IMG/VR virus record: IMGVR_UViG_3300027533_000037
Location: 1 to 47,416 of that record
DNA: 47,416 nt
DNA from: a virus
Taxonomy: Duplodnaviria; Caudoviricetes
Strand: one strand, 5' to 3'
The position numbers and the translations under genes are program-made. Every line of letters begins with the position of its first letter. Position 1 is the first letter of the stretch. Of the stretch, positions 27,554 to 36,850 are shown piece after piece. The notes under the pieces were generated by a model. That model was not told where the DNA came from. It did no database searches and was given only the letters and a program-made list of their open reading frames with translations.

Positions 27554-27556
27554 CCG

Positions 27557-29218
27557 ATGTCGGACAACCCCTTTACGCAGTTCGCGACGGCCGCCAAACC
27601 AGCATCGGCCGGCGGCGACAATCCGTTCGCGCAGTACGCCGCCGCTCCCGAGGAGCCGGGGTTCCTGCAGCGTCTATGGGATGGCCTGCGTGGGAATGAC
27701 GTGTCCCGCGCCGGGCGCCTGGGCATGGGCTTGGGTGACCCGCTATACGGCATGGCCCAGCTGGGCGCGCACGGAAATTTCGGGCTACCGCTGACAGCGG
27801 TCGGGCCGCCGGGCCGGGTCGCGCGGATGCAGGAAACGATGGGCGGCGCCGCGCGTGCTGCCGATGATGTCGTGCAGCAGCGGGAAGCCCGCTACAAGGC
27901 TGGCGAGCAGGCGGAGGGGCTGTCGGGCGGACTGGGAACGGAGTGGGCGCGCCTCCTGGGCAACGTAGTCTCTCCGGTGAACATTGCTATTGGCGGGGCC
28001 GCCGGAGCGGCGGCGCGCGGCCTGCCTTTGGCCGGGCGCGTCGCCTCCCATGCGGCGGGCGGCGCCGCGTCCGGCCTGACCAGCCCAGAGACGGGAGAGG
28101 GGGCATTCGAGCCTGGGGCGCTGGCTGCTCGCGGCGCGCTGGGGGCGGCCGGGGGCGCCGTTGGCGGTGCGGCCGGCGAGGCGGTCGGATCGCTGTTGAG
28201 CCGAGCCATTGCCGGCAATGCGCCGCGGCTGGCCGATCAGGCGCTCACAGAGATTTACCGAAGCACCGTCAAGCCGACCCGGGTGGGGCGGGGCACCGCG
28301 CCGCGCCTCGCCGCTCAGGACCAGCAGATTATTGATGCCGTCGATACGATCGTCGCGAATCAGCCGGCCCTTCAGTTGACGATGCCGAATGGCGTCGTGG
28401 CACAGGGCGGCCTACCGCGCACATTGCGGCAGTTCTCCGAGGCGCTGGATCAAACTAAGGCGGCGGCCTACCAGCAATACGACGGCATGATGAGACAGGC
28501 CGGAACGCAGGGGGCGCAGGTCGATCTGGCGCCGGTCGTCACGCGGCTTAACGCGATCGCCAGAAATCCGGATGTCGTCGACCTGCATCCCGACCTCGGT
28601 GGCTACGCTACTGACCTCGCTCAGCGCATGCTGGCACGCCGCTTCTATACTCTAAGCGAGGCGCAGGCGGTGATCCAGAGCATCAACAAGACCCTGGACG
28701 GATTTTACCAGAACCCAACGCATGAAACGGTAACGCGCCACGCCATCCTGGCTCCGGTCGCCGACGAGTTACGAAGGGGTCTAGACGCCGCTGTAACGAG
28801 TTCTCCGGTCGGCCCGGGGTATCAGCAGATGCGTAATCTGCATGGGGCGCTTGCCAGCGTCGAAAGAGATGTGACGGTAGCGGCGAACCGAGAGGCGAAT
28901 AAGATCAGCGGCGGCGTGATCGGCGGCCTTATGAATATAGCCTCGGGAGCGGAGGTCTTGCGGGGCATCTTTCATGTCGACCCAACTACGATTGCGACCG
29001 GGGTCGGATTGAAGGCGGTGCGAGCATGGTACAAAAAGGCCAATGATCCAAACGCGGCCATCACTCGGCTGTTCGCCGGGCGGGCCGGACCCCAAGGCCG
29101 TGGAGCGGTTCTGGGACCGCCGATACAGGGGGCCGCGACCGGCGCCGGCGTCATCGCGGGGGGAGAGGGCGGCGGGGAAATCGAGCGCCAGATCAGGCCC
29201 AGCGTGGCTGGCCCCTAG
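27557..29218 (+). CDS. Internal virion/ejection protein (553 aa)
   Basis: N-terminal DNPFxQF repeats, G/A-rich segments; last gene of the late operon. Confidence 0.7.
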   Translation: MSDNPFTQFATAAKPASAGGDNPFAQYAAAPEEPGFLQRLWDGLRGNDVSRAGRLGMGLGDPLYGMAQLGAHGNFGLPLTAVGPPGRVARMQETMGGAARAADDVVQQREARYKAGEQAEGLSGGLGTEWARLLGNVVSPVNIAIGGAAGAAARGLPLAGRVASHAAGGAASGLTSPETGEGAFEPGALAARGALGAAGGAVGGAAGEAVGSLLSRAIAGNAPRLADQALTEIYRSTVKPTRVGRGTAPRLAAQDQQIIDAVDTIVANQPALQLTMPNGVVAQGGLPRTLRQFSEALDQTKAAAYQQYDGMMRQAGTQGAQVDLAPVVTRLNAIARNPDVVDLHPDLGGYATDLAQRMLARRFYTLSEAQAVIQSINKTLDGFYQNPTHETVTRHAILAPVADELRRGLDAAVTSSPVGPGYQQMRNLHGALASVERDVTVAANREANKISGGVIGGLMNIASGAEVLRGIFHVDPTTIATGVGLKAVRAWYKKANDPNAAITRLFAGRAGPQGRGAVLGPPIQGAATGAGVIAGGEGGGEIERQIRPSVAGP

Positions 29219-29337
29219 CGGATCAGGATCGAGGCCGCCAACAGGCCGAACCCGGCAAGAAACACGACCCCAACTAGGCAGAGCCAGTTGGTAATCTTCT
29301 CCAGGTCGTTGGCAAAATCACGGAAATCGTCGTTCAT
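29215..29337 (-). CDS. Small single-TM protein (40 aa)
   Basis: RBS GAGG; MNDDFRDFANDLEKITNWLCLVGVVFLAGFGLLAASILIR. Confidence 0.5.
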   Translation of the reverse strand: MNDDFRDFANDLEKITNWLCLVGVVFLAGFGLLAASILIR

Positions 29338-29339
29338 CC

Positions 29340-29492
29340 TCACCTTCCTCGGGGCCAGATGATGCTGAGCAGGAGTGCTATTTCGACGGCGGCGCATCCA
29401 AGAGCGATGTATCGCTGCCATGCCTTTTGAAGGATCGCCGCTCCCACCAGTGCGAGGCACAGCATCGCAGCGCACGGTATTGCCGCGCTCAC
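29340..29492 (-). CDS. Small two-TM protein (50 aa; not in ORF track)
   Basis: GTG coupled to the upstream stop; MSAAIPCAAMLCLALVGAAILQKAWQRYIALGCAAVEIALLLSIIWPRGR. Confidence 0.5.
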   Translation of the reverse strand: MSAAIPCAAMLCLALVGAAILQKAWQRYIALGCAAVEIALLLSIIWPRGR

Positions 29493-29788
29493 CGCCCCGG
29501 CTCCTCGCGGCGGGCTGCGGTGATGTGCTTCTCGATAGACTCTGCAACTTGTTCCCTAGCGCCTACTGAAGTGAACAGCGACGCATGTTGATTAGCTATC
29601 GAGAGTGCGCGTAATCGTGGCGTGAGGCTGTCCTCCCGCACGCCGGCCGCGCGGAAGCGGTCGAGGAGTTGATCGAACTCGCTCTCGCTGATAAAGCGCC
29701 CCCAGCACACCCGTTTAATTTCCGCTCGTAGTGCGGCCTCCTCGCTCGGCTCGGCCGTGGCGCGCTCCGGGGAGGGGGTGTCAGACAT
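29489..29788 (-). CDS. Hypothetical protein (99 aa)
   Basis: GGGAG RBS; ATG overlaps the upstream gene end. Confidence 0.55.
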   Translation of the reverse strand: MSDTPSPERATAEPSEEAALRAEIKRVCWGRFISESEFDQLLDRFRAAGVREDSLTPRLRALSIANQHASLFTSVGAREQVAESIEKHITAARREEPGR

Positions 29789-30194
29789 CGGTACAACTCC
29801 CACGAAAGCGAATGCCGGACCAATCAAGCTTCTCCTTGCCTCCGTCGCTGGCGGTGGGAGGGCGTGGCTTCGGCATGTAGTGGGTGAATGCGCCCGCTCG
29901 GTAGCCGGGGCCGTCAGCAGTTTGCCATTGGAAGTCGTCCTTGGTGTCGTCCCAGAACGCGACGACCATGAAGTCGCTCTCGGTCGTGCCGAGCAACCAT
30001 TCCTCATCCGAATTTCGAGCAGCATCGTCTATCGACCGCCACCCGCCCGCCTCAAGCTCGCGCTGAGCCGCCTGTAGGGCTCGCCAGTGGGCTTCGTCTT
30101 TCGGGCTCGGCCAGTACCCTTCTGCCCGCCCGCGATCCTCAGCTTCCCGACGTACCGCCGCTGCCATATCCTCTCGCGTCACTTCACCCGTCAT
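29781..30194 (-). CDS. DUF551-like hypothetical protein
   Basis: GWRSIDDA..WLLG..VAFW..FTHYMPKPRPP pattern. Confidence 0.6.
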   Translation of the reverse strand: MTGEVTREDMAAAVRREAEDRGRAEGYWPSPKDEAHWRALQAAQRELEAGGWRSIDDAARNSDEEWLLGTTESDFMVVAFWDDTKDDFQWQTADGPGYRAGAFTHYMPKPRPPTASDGGKEKLDWSGIRFRGSCTDV

Positions 30195-30682
30195 GGCTCA
30201 GCCTTCCTCTTGAAATCTATCGCCAGCCAGATCGCCGCGCTGTCGCCCATGTTGATCGCGCTGCGGGGGGCGAGGCGGTTGACCAGCACCAGGAGGCCGG
30301 TCGTCGGCATCATGATCTCGGGGCCGCAGAACCACGTCACCGCCGGGCTCGTCCGCAGCATCAGGATCGCGTGCTCGTCCTCGCCGCCCTGGCGCCAAGC
30401 CATGCAGGCCCCGGCCGGCAGCAGCTCCAGGTCGATGCGGCCGAGGTCTATGCCGCCCATCTGGTCGCCAAGGCGCCTCACCCGCTGGATCGCATTGTTC
30501 AGCTCGGCCCACTTGCCGGCGGCGGCGTAGGGTGGGATCGTGAATTTGCCGTCATCACGCGGGCGGCGCACCGGGCAGACCAGCGTGCCGCCGCCATCGT
30601 CCTTGAACAGCCCAATCCTCTGACGTAAAGACCCAATTAAATCGAATGGGTCTAAATGGGCGGCTGCCAGGAACGATGCCAC
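30191..30682 (-). CDS. Aspartyl/asparaginyl beta-hydroxylase-like cupin, metal ligands apparently absent
   Basis: LGRIDLELLPAG..LRTSPAVTWFCGPE..G.LVLVN....SAINMGDSAAIWLAID follows the family spacing. Confidence 0.5.
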   Translation of the reverse strand: MASFLAAAHLDPFDLIGSLRQRIGLFKDDGGGTLVCPVRRPRDDGKFTIPPYAAAGKWAELNNAIQRVRRLGDQMGGIDLGRIDLELLPAGACMAWRQGGEDEHAILMLRTSPAVTWFCGPEIMMPTTGLLVLVNRLAPRSAINMGDSAAIWLAIDFKRKAEP

Positions 30683-30964
30683 CTACGCGGCCCCCGGCGT
30701 CTCTGGCGGCCGCAGGTTGTCGCTGACCAGCGAGACGACGGCCGGCTGCTTCCCCTCGATCATCCGTAAGGAGCGCCGCAGCCAGTCCTCGCCGATCTCC
30801 ATGACCACGACCGCCGCGACCTCGCCATCGGGCATCGTCCGGCCGGCCACGACGCCGGAGATCGCCGCCGCCGCCTCGGCGCTTGGGGCGACCAGCAGGT
30901 TCGTGAACGGGCGGTTGCCCTCAAGGACGATCGACACACAGTAGCACCTGAGTTCGCCGCTCAC
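30683..30964 (-). CDS. Hypothetical protein (93 aa)
   Basis: GTGA-coupled to the ERF gene stop. Confidence 0.6.
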   Translation of the reverse strand: MSGELRCYCVSIVLEGNRPFTNLLVAPSAEAAAAISGVVAGRTMPDGEVAAVVVMEIGEDWLRRSLRMIEGKQPAVVSLVSDNLRPPETPGAA

Positions 30965-31710
30965 CGCTCGCCCCCAAACGGAGCCAGCGAGCCGACGAGG
31001 TGCTCGCGGCGCTTGGCGGCCCGGGTTTGAAGCAGGGTCATGCGTTCCGCATGCTGCGGCGGCGGCCCGAGTTCGCTGCTCAGCCGGTCGAGGGTCTCGA
31101 ACGCCTGCCACTCGCCAAGGCGCGTCAGCATCTCCTTGTCCTCCTCGATGTCGATGTCGCGGGCGATCTCCTTCCACCGCTTCTGCACCTCGGCGGCAGC
31201 GTCCGAGAGCGCTGGTGCGGCCTGTTGGCGCTGCGGGGCACGGGTGGCACCGTTGCCGCGCGAGGCACCGCTGGCGGGAGCGCCCTCGCCCTGCGCCGTC
31301 TCGTCGGCGTCCTTCTCGCCGGTCGGCACCTTGAAGACCTGCCGCAGGAACTGCTTCTCGACGTAGCTCTGCGCCGCGCCATAGGTCTGCGGCCCATTGA
31401 TCGGCATAGCCAGCGTGCGCGACATCGGCAGCGTCGACATCACGCCTGACTCGTGCAGGAACGTCAGCTCGTAGCTGGCGAACAGCCAGGGTGTTTTCTT
31501 CTCGCCCTCCGAGACGCGGACCTCACTTTCCGCTTCGTTGATGAGAAGCGCGAGGCCGGCATCGGCCATCAGTGGGCCGATGATCTCGTAGAACTTGTCG
31601 ACGCTGACATAGTTGTATCGCGCGTGCTCGTTGCGCTCGTCGACGCCGAGGCGGCGGATCTGCTTCTTGACCGCGACGATAGCGGCGGCGATCTCAGGGG
31701 GCATTGTCAT
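30961..31710 (-). CDS. erf: ERF-family ssDNA-annealing protein
   Basis: N.HARYNYVSVD..IGPLMADAGL..TFLHESG..QTYGAAQSYVEKQFLRQVFKVPTGEKDAD. Confidence 0.8.
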   Translation of the reverse strand: MTMPPEIAAAIVAVKKQIRRLGVDERNEHARYNYVSVDKFYEIIGPLMADAGLALLINEAESEVRVSEGEKKTPWLFASYELTFLHESGVMSTLPMSRTLAMPINGPQTYGAAQSYVEKQFLRQVFKVPTGEKDADETAQGEGAPASGASRGNGATRAPQRQQAAPALSDAAAEVQKRWKEIARDIDIEEDKEMLTRLGEWQAFETLDRLSSELGPPPQHAERMTLLQTRAAKRREHLVGSLAPFGGER

Positions 31711-31711
31711 T

Positions 31712-31924
31712 TTACTTTACCTTGCGTGAGGGTTGGTTCCGCAACCACTTTGATACATACGATCCAGGGGAGTCTGTAGTAAGCAAGTCCTGGTATGCGG
31801 CCTCGCCGGCAGAGGGGTAGGAATAGAGTGACCCATTCCGAAATTCGACCAAAAGTTCTCCAGTGTCTTCATCCCATCCCACTGCGCGCACATTGCTACT
31901 TCGGACTTCTCTCATTTCTGCCAT
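31712..31924 (-). CDS. KTSC-domain protein
   Basis: VRSSNVRAVGWDEDTGELLVEFRNGSLYSY..YQDLLTTDSPGSY. Confidence 0.9.
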   Translation of the reverse strand: MAEMREVRSSNVRAVGWDEDTGELLVEFRNGSLYSYPSAGEAAYQDLLTTDSPGSYVSKWLRNQPSRKVK

Positions 31925-32088
31925 TTTATATTTTACTCCTTCTTATTGCCGCGCGCCGCCGAATGCAGGCGCGACATTCGCGATTCCCGTTGGCCCGCCC
32001 TCGAAGTCCGGGCTGTCCATCCCCGGCATGGCTTTGATAAGGCTCCGCCAAGCGCCCTCGATGCTGTTGAAGTCAGGGCCGTCAGCCA

Positions 32089-32283
32089 TCAGACTTCCCC
32101 TTCCGCGATGTCTTTCTGGTACTGGATCAGCCGCTCGGTTAGCGCCGCGAAGCGCTTGACGCAAAAGTGGCAGCAGCGCTCGTCGGCCCGGGTGCGCAAC
32201 CCCATCCGATCGCCAGCGGCCTGGACCGCAATTTCCAGGGCAAGCCGCAGCGTCTCGATCTCTTCGTCGTCGAGGTTCAGCAT
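32089..32283 (-). CDS. Hypothetical protein (64 aa)
   Basis: GGAG RBS; MLNLDDEEIETLRLALE... Confidence 0.55.
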   Translation of the reverse strand: MLNLDDEEIETLRLALEIAVQAAGDRMGLRTRADERCCHFCVKRFAALTERLIQYQKDIAEGEV

Positions 32284-33191
32284 TCCGGTTTCTCCATTGA
32301 GATTGAGACACCCCTGCCGTCGCGCTTCAGGCGAACCAGCCCCAGTTGACAAAGCCCGACATCCTCTGGCACCAGGGCGGTCATCTCCCTGCGCACGATC
32401 GCGTGCTTCACCGCCGCGCCGTGCGTCTCGGCGAAATCGCGGGCCAGCCGCTGAAATTCCCCGGCCCAGTTCGGCCGCTCGGCCTCCGGCGTCACGTCCA
32501 GCAGGATCTCGCGGCGTTTCGGCTGCGGCTTTGGCGGGGCGACCGGAGCTGCCTCGTCCTGCGGCTCTTCGTCGGCCTCGACGTGCCGCCAGAATGCGCG
32601 TTCCTTGGCGATCAGCGCCGCCTGGTACAGCACGTCAACCTCTTGGTAGATAATCTCGTGCTTGCGGTTTCCGATCAGGCATGACAGCGCCCACCAGTCG
32701 CAGCCCATGACGGTCGCCTGATGTGTGCCGGCGGCGGTATAACGCAAAACCTCCTGTTCATAGGCTTGCCCCAAATGCTTGGCGTCGATGACGCAGCGAT
32801 GTCCCTGGGGAGTTGTTGTCATGCCGTCCAAATTGCATGCCATCCAGGGATAAGCCTCGCTGATCTGAAGCTCATCCTCGTACATATTTGCGTAGAACCC
32901 GGTCGCCACCGAGTCTGGGCCGTGCAGCGCGCTCCATATCTCGCGCATCAGCGGGTTGCCGCTGTAGTAGTTGATTTCTCGGCCCGTAGTTCTCTCGGCC
33001 CACGCCAAATTAAAAGGTTCCGTCATGCTGCCAAGCTGTACCGGCAGCACGCCAGACAGATTATCCCCCTCAGCAAGACCCTTCTTCTCGCGCCACACCG
33101 AGCGCCACTCGCCGGCCATTATTTTGGCCGCGTCGCCTGCTTGGACGTACCTGCGTCGCGCGGCGATCTGCTCCTTGCTTAGGCCGAGCAT
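32277..33191 (-). CDS. YqaJ / lambda-exonuclease-like recombination nuclease
   Basis: RRRYVQAGDAAKIM..VWREKKG..VQLGSMTEP..YPWMACNLDG..VIDAK; adjacent to ERF. Confidence 0.8.
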   Translation of the reverse strand: MLGLSKEQIAARRRYVQAGDAAKIMAGEWRSVWREKKGLAEGDNLSGVLPVQLGSMTEPFNLAWAERTTGREINYYSGNPLMREIWSALHGPDSVATGFYANMYEDELQISEAYPWMACNLDGMTTTPQGHRCVIDAKHLGQAYEQEVLRYTAAGTHQATVMGCDWWALSCLIGNRKHEIIYQEVDVLYQAALIAKERAFWRHVEADEEPQDEAAPVAPPKPQPKRREILLDVTPEAERPNWAGEFQRLARDFAETHGAAVKHAIVRREMTALVPEDVGLCQLGLVRLKRDGRGVSISMEKPEC

Positions 33192-33658
33192 CGCGCGAGC
33201 CTCCGCTTTTCGGAGATTTGGGCGTTCCTTTTTGTCCACTTTGCCTTTTGGCACTGGTAGCAGACTCGGTGCCCGTTAGCATCGATCCGAGAGCCGGCGT
33301 AGGGGTGTCCGTTTGGGCAAGAATCCTTGGCCAGCATCCTGGCGCGCAGAAGCTTCCCAGCGTCGCTGCGCCTGACATTATCGGCGTGCGTCACCGGCTC
33401 CAGGTGATCCGGGTTGACGCAACAGCGCATCCGACACAGGTGGTCAATCTCCAGACCATCGCCTATCGGCCCCCGAAAGAACAACCAAGCGGCGCGGTGG
33501 ACATAGATTTCGGTCCCGCCCCACTGGATACGGCCATAACCCTTCGGCGTGAGGTGCCCTAGCCAAATCCAGCAGCCGCTGTTCGGCTCGGGTTCGCACC
33601 CAGCCTCAAATCGCGGGAGAAACTCTTGCTGTCGCCCAGTTAGTCGGGGCTCGCTCAT
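33179..33658 (-). CDS. HNH endonuclease (HNH_3 type)
   Basis: GCWIWLG..GYGRI..VHRAAW..IDHLCRMRCCVNPDHLEPVTHADNVRR plus C-terminal CPNGH zinc motif. Confidence 0.9.
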   Translation of the reverse strand: MSEPRLTGRQQEFLPRFEAGCEPEPNSGCWIWLGHLTPKGYGRIQWGGTEIYVHRAAWLFFRGPIGDGLEIDHLCRMRCCVNPDHLEPVTHADNVRRSDAGKLLRARMLAKDSCPNGHPYAGSRIDANGHRVCYQCQKAKWTKRNAQISEKRRLARCSA

Positions 33659-33828
33659 TTCGGCACCTCGGCGCCCGCGCAAATCCGCGCGATCTCGGCC
33701 TTGGCCTCGGCGACCGCCGCGCGCACCCGCACCGGGTCGTCCGCCAAGACCTCGATGGCGACCAGCATTGCCTCCGCGTAGCCCAGCGCCTTGGCGTGGC
33801 GCATCGCGACTTCTTCAAGCTGTGACAT
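33655..33828 (-). CDS. Hypothetical protein (57 aa)
   Basis: GGGAG RBS; first gene of the leftward operon. Confidence 0.6.
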   Translation of the reverse strand: MSQLEEVAMRHAKALGYAEAMLVAIEVLADDPVRVRAAVAEAKAEIARICAGAEVPK

Positions 33829-33837
33829 TTTCGGCTG

Positions 33838-33893
33838 CTCCCGTGGTTGACGCCGGACACTCGCAAAAAGAGATTGTGCCGTCAAGCGGAAAA
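33838..33893 (-). promoter_or_regulatory. Leftward promoter/leader with conserved motifs
   Basis: Minus-strand TTTTCCGCTTGAC and CGTCAACCACGGGAG, both repeated at 39316-39370. Confidence 0.6.
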
Positions 33894-33911
33894 TGCTACA
33901 CGGTCCACGCA

Positions 33912-34190
33912 ATGAACAAAACGACATTCGCGATCTGGCTGGAGGGCCGGGGGGACAATCCCTCGGCGTTCGCCGTGCGCCACGGCATTTCCAAGGCGGC
34001 GGCCTATGCGCTGGCCGGCGTCCGCTCGCACCGCTCGCCGGAGTTCTTTCGAACCTCGACGCTCGAGCGGATCGAGGCCGAGACCGGGATCGCCGCGCAG
34101 GTGCTTTACGGCGACTGGTGCAAGGTCGAGCCCCGGCCGGCTCGTAAATACACTCGCAGGGGAGGGGGCGGTGTCGCTATCCAAGGATGA
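33912..34190 (+). CDS. Cro-like HTH regulator
   Basis: Small basic protein SAFAVRHGISKAAAYAL..TLERIEAETG, divergent from the recombination operon. Confidence 0.6.
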   Translation: MNKTTFAIWLEGRGDNPSAFAVRHGISKAAAYALAGVRSHRSPEFFRTSTLERIEAETGIAAQVLYGDWCKVEPRPARKYTRRGGGGVAIQG

Positions 34191-34506
34191 GCGGAATCTC
34201 GGCTACAAGCAGGTGCCGCTGCCGACCCCGCGCGTGACGACGGTTCTTCGCCGGGTCGCCGCCGGCTACATCAGCGTTACGCTGACCGAAGGGGGGCCGG
34301 AGTACCGCTACGACGATGGCTCCCTGGTGCACGGCGAGAAGGGCAAGCCTCTCGGGGAGCGTGCGTTTCGCACGATGGTGCGCGAGGGGTGGCTCCTGCC
34401 GGTCGAGGGCGGCTCGTTTCTGGAGGACGGGCCGCCGCAGCAGTACCGGGCTCGCCGTCCGGCCGATGGCCCGCTGCCGCGCGTGCGGGGCGGTCCGCGT
34501 GGTTGA
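34171..34506 (+). CDS. Hypothetical protein (111 aa)
   Basis: GGAGG RBS then GTG. Confidence 0.6.
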   Translation: MSLSKDERNLGYKQVPLPTPRVTTVLRRVAAGYISVTLTEGGPEYRYDDGSLVHGEKGKPLGERAFRTMVREGWLLPVEGGSFLEDGPPQQYRARRPADGPLPRVRGGPRG

Positions 34507-34855
34507 GCCGGATTTCCGGGTCGTGCTGCCGGTGGCCCCGCCGAGCACGAACAATCTCTACGTGCCGCGCCGCGACGGCAAGGGCCGCGCCAAGACCTCG
34601 GAATACACGGCATGGCAGCGCGAGGCGCAGATGCTCATCATGGCGTCCGGCTGCCCGCGCGAGGGCTGGAAGCACGTCCGGGTCGAGGTGCTGGCGCCGC
34701 TCGATTATCGTCGGGACATCGATAACCTGAAGCCGGTTCTGGACGTGCTGAAGACGATGAACGTCATCAAGGATGACCGCTGGGTCGACGAATACGAAGT
34801 GCGCCGGGTGCCGGCGACCGAGCCGCTGCAGGTGTCTGTTTGGCGGCTCGAATAG
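34499..34855 (+). CDS. rusA: RusA-like Holliday junction resolvase
   Basis: LPVAPPSTNNLY..RRDIDNLKPVLDVL..VIKDDRWV catalytic Asp pattern. Confidence 0.85.
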   Translation: MVEPDFRVVLPVAPPSTNNLYVPRRDGKGRAKTSEYTAWQREAQMLIMASGCPREGWKHVRVEVLAPLDYRRDIDNLKPVLDVLKTMNVIKDDRWVDEYEVRRVPATEPLQVSVWRLE

Positions 34856-35022
34856 CTCCGCTGGCAAGTCGGCTGGACGAGGCGGCGCTGCTGCGGCTGC
34901 GGCGCGTGCTGTGGACGCGGACAGCCAACCAGATTCGGGAGACCGCGCGCCGGGCAGGCGAGCCCTATCCGACGTGGCTGGACAAGTACCGGGACTTCGA
35001 GATTGACCCGGATCGAGGATAG
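34840..35022 (+). CDS. Hypothetical protein (60 aa)
   Basis: Coding-like, in operon. Confidence 0.45.
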   Translation: MAARIAPLASRLDEAALLRLRRVLWTRTANQIRETARRAGEPYPTWLDKYRDFEIDPDRG

Positions 35023-35113
35023 GCGTCAGACTGTGCTCCGACGCGATTGAGGGGCCGGGTATGGAGCCCGACCCCTCCGAAATCGCCGATCTTGACGTGT
35101 CAGGAGCACGCCA

Positions 35114-35359
35114 ATGGCGGCAGCGCCGCTGCATTTAGCACCAGACCCCAGCGTTATCAAGCCGCCGGCTGATCCCCTCGTCGTGCTCTCGGCCGGGGAA
35201 CGCGAGGCGTTGCGCCTGGCGCACCGCAAGCGCGCAATCCCGCTGAAGGTCATGGCGCGCCGGCTCGGGGTCTGCCCGCACATGCTGGCGCGCTACCGCT
35301 GCGGCGAGCGCAAGCCGCGCCGCTCCCTCCTGGACCGCTGGTGGAAAGAACTGTCATGA
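35114..35359 (+). CDS. Small HTH protein
   Basis: AGGAG RBS; LKVMARRLGVCPHMLARYRCGERKP. Confidence 0.65.
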   Translation: MAAAPLHLAPDPSVIKPPADPLVVLSAGEREALRLAHRKRAIPLKVMARRLGVCPHMLARYRCGERKPRRSLLDRWWKELS

Positions 35360-36141
35360 GCCTTAAATTGCTCAGCTGGGCATTCGAGCAGGATCTCCCC
35401 TGCGCCGAAAAGATCGTGCTGCTGGCCCTGGCCGACATGGCCGACATGGACGGCAAGTGCTGGCCCTCGCAAACCCATCTAGCCAAGCGGTGCGGCATCG
35501 TCCGCGAGACGGTCAACCGGCAGATAAAAAAGCTGGTCAGCGCCGGAATGCTCCGGGTCGAACACAGGGCCGACAGGGATGGGCAACACTCAAATGTATA
35601 TTTTGTGCAGTGTGACGCAGGATCACATGTGACCCAAGATCACGTGACCAAAGATCACTCGGCACCTGACGGACGATCACTCGGGCACGTGACGGACGAT
35701 CACACAGAACCTTCACTTAGAACCTTCAAGGAATCTCCCCCTGTAGTCCCCCGCCGGGGGACGACGCTTACGGACTTCGAAAAATGGTGGGAAGGCTATC
35801 CGGCGAAGATCGGGAAGGGGGCGGCCGAGAGGGCTTGGGCAAGGGCCTGTAAGCAAGCCAGTGCCGGCGACATGATTGCGGGAGTTTCCCGCTATATCGC
35901 CAACAAGCCCGAAGACCGGGACTGGTGCCATCCGGCAACATGGCTCAATCAGAAGCGCTGGCTCGATGATTTTGGCGACAGCGAGCAGCGGCGCATCAAG
36001 CCGACCTCACCACCACCAAGACTGGAGAACGGCAATGCCGCCATCGGACGTGACAATGATCGGGTTTCCCAGCAAGGCGCATTACAGCGGCATTCGCAAA
36101 AGCCTGCGGAACCGGAGTTATTCCGGTCTGACCGATACTGA
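35356..36141 (+). CDS. Replication initiator (lambda-O-like, N-terminal wHTH)
   Basis: EKIVLLALADMAD.DGKCWPSQTHLAKRCGI.RETV; FEKWWEGYPAKIGK..HPATWLNQKRWLD; internal iterons. Confidence 0.85.
   Translation: MSLKLLSWAFEQDLPCAEKIVLLALADMADMDGKCWPSQTHLAKRCGIVRETVNRQIKKLVSAGMLRVEHRADRDGQHSNVYFVQCDAGSHVTQDHVTKDHSAPDGRSLGHVTDDHTEPSLRTFKESPPVVPRRGTTLTDFEKWWEGYPAKIGKGAAERAWARACKQASAGDMIAGVSRYIANKPEDRDWCHPATWLNQKRWLDDFGDSEQRRIKPTSPPPRLENGNAAIGRDNDRVSQQGALQRHSQKPAEPELFRSDRY
35612..35703. repeat. Five iterons GTGAC-N4-GATCAC (putative replication origin)
   Basis: Copies at 35612, 35629, 35644, 35666 (CTGAC) and 35689, inside the initiator gene. Confidence 0.8.
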
Positions 36142-36286
36142 GCGCTGGCAATACCACGCATACGATTATGCCTGGCGGCGAACCTTTCTGGGCAATGCCG
36201 ACGAAGCCGCATCGCCCATTGATCCCGACAGATCGTGGTACGATGAGGCCTCCGCGGCGGCTGCTCAACGGTTCTTCAAGCGCTGA
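36035..36286 (+). CDS. Hypothetical protein (83 aa)
   Basis: GGAG RBS; overlaps the initiator 3' end. Confidence 0.5.
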   Translation: MPPSDVTMIGFPSKAHYSGIRKSLRNRSYSGLTDTERWQYHAYDYAWRRTFLGNADEAASPIDPDRSWYDEASAAAAQRFFKR

Positions 36287-36293
36287 GAACCGG

Positions 36294-36509
36294 CTATTCC
36301 GACTGACTGCCCATTGCCTCGATGATGTTGAGCGCAGCCGCGATCTTCTCGGCGATGGCCTTCGAGGGAATGTGGGCCGCCACCGCCTGCCCGGTGCCGC
36401 AGGTGACGGTGTGCGGCGGCCCCAATTCGCCGCCCGGTCCCTTGGTCAATCCGACGACGTAAGGTCCAGGCGGCAGGTCGCTGCGGCTGTCGAGTTCCCC
36501 GGTGGGCAT
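36294..36509 (-). CDS. Hypothetical protein (71 aa)
   Basis: TGATG coupling; PGPY...AEKIAAALN. Confidence 0.55.
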   Translation of the reverse strand: MPTGELDSRSDLPPGPYVVGLTKGPGGELGPPHTVTCGTGQAVAAHIPSKAIAEKIAAALNIIEAMGSQSE

Positions 36510-36850
36510 CAGGCGGCCTCGATCTTTGCTAGGACTTTCCGGGCGTGGTTCGCGGCGTATACCGCCCCGATGTTCGTCGGGTCGGTTTCGTACCAGCCGA
36601 CAAGAGCGGACAGAGCGAGGCGGAGGTCAGGCGCAGCTGCTATTAGTCGGGCATTTGCGGCAAACTCTTCGTCCCGCTCGTCGCAGCCATTCGCCATGAA
36701 GCAAATCCGGTTCTCGCCGGCCTCGTCGGTGGCGATGTGCCGGTTCCACTCCATGCCGTCGCGCGGGTCTTCGCTGACGAACCACGGTCCCGGAGTCCAG
36801 GGCTCGGGGCGATGCGGCTTTACGGCTGCGGTGGGGGATGCTTCGGTCAT
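36509..36850 (-). CDS. Hypothetical phage protein (TPGPW...ANARLIAAAP family)
   Basis: WTPGPW and ANARLIAAAPDL motifs, common in phage early genes. Confidence 0.7.
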   Translation of the reverse strand: MTEASPTAAVKPHRPEPWTPGPWFVSEDPRDGMEWNRHIATDEAGENRICFMANGCDERDEEFAANARLIAAAPDLRLALSALVGWYETDPTNIGAVYAANHARKVLAKIEAA

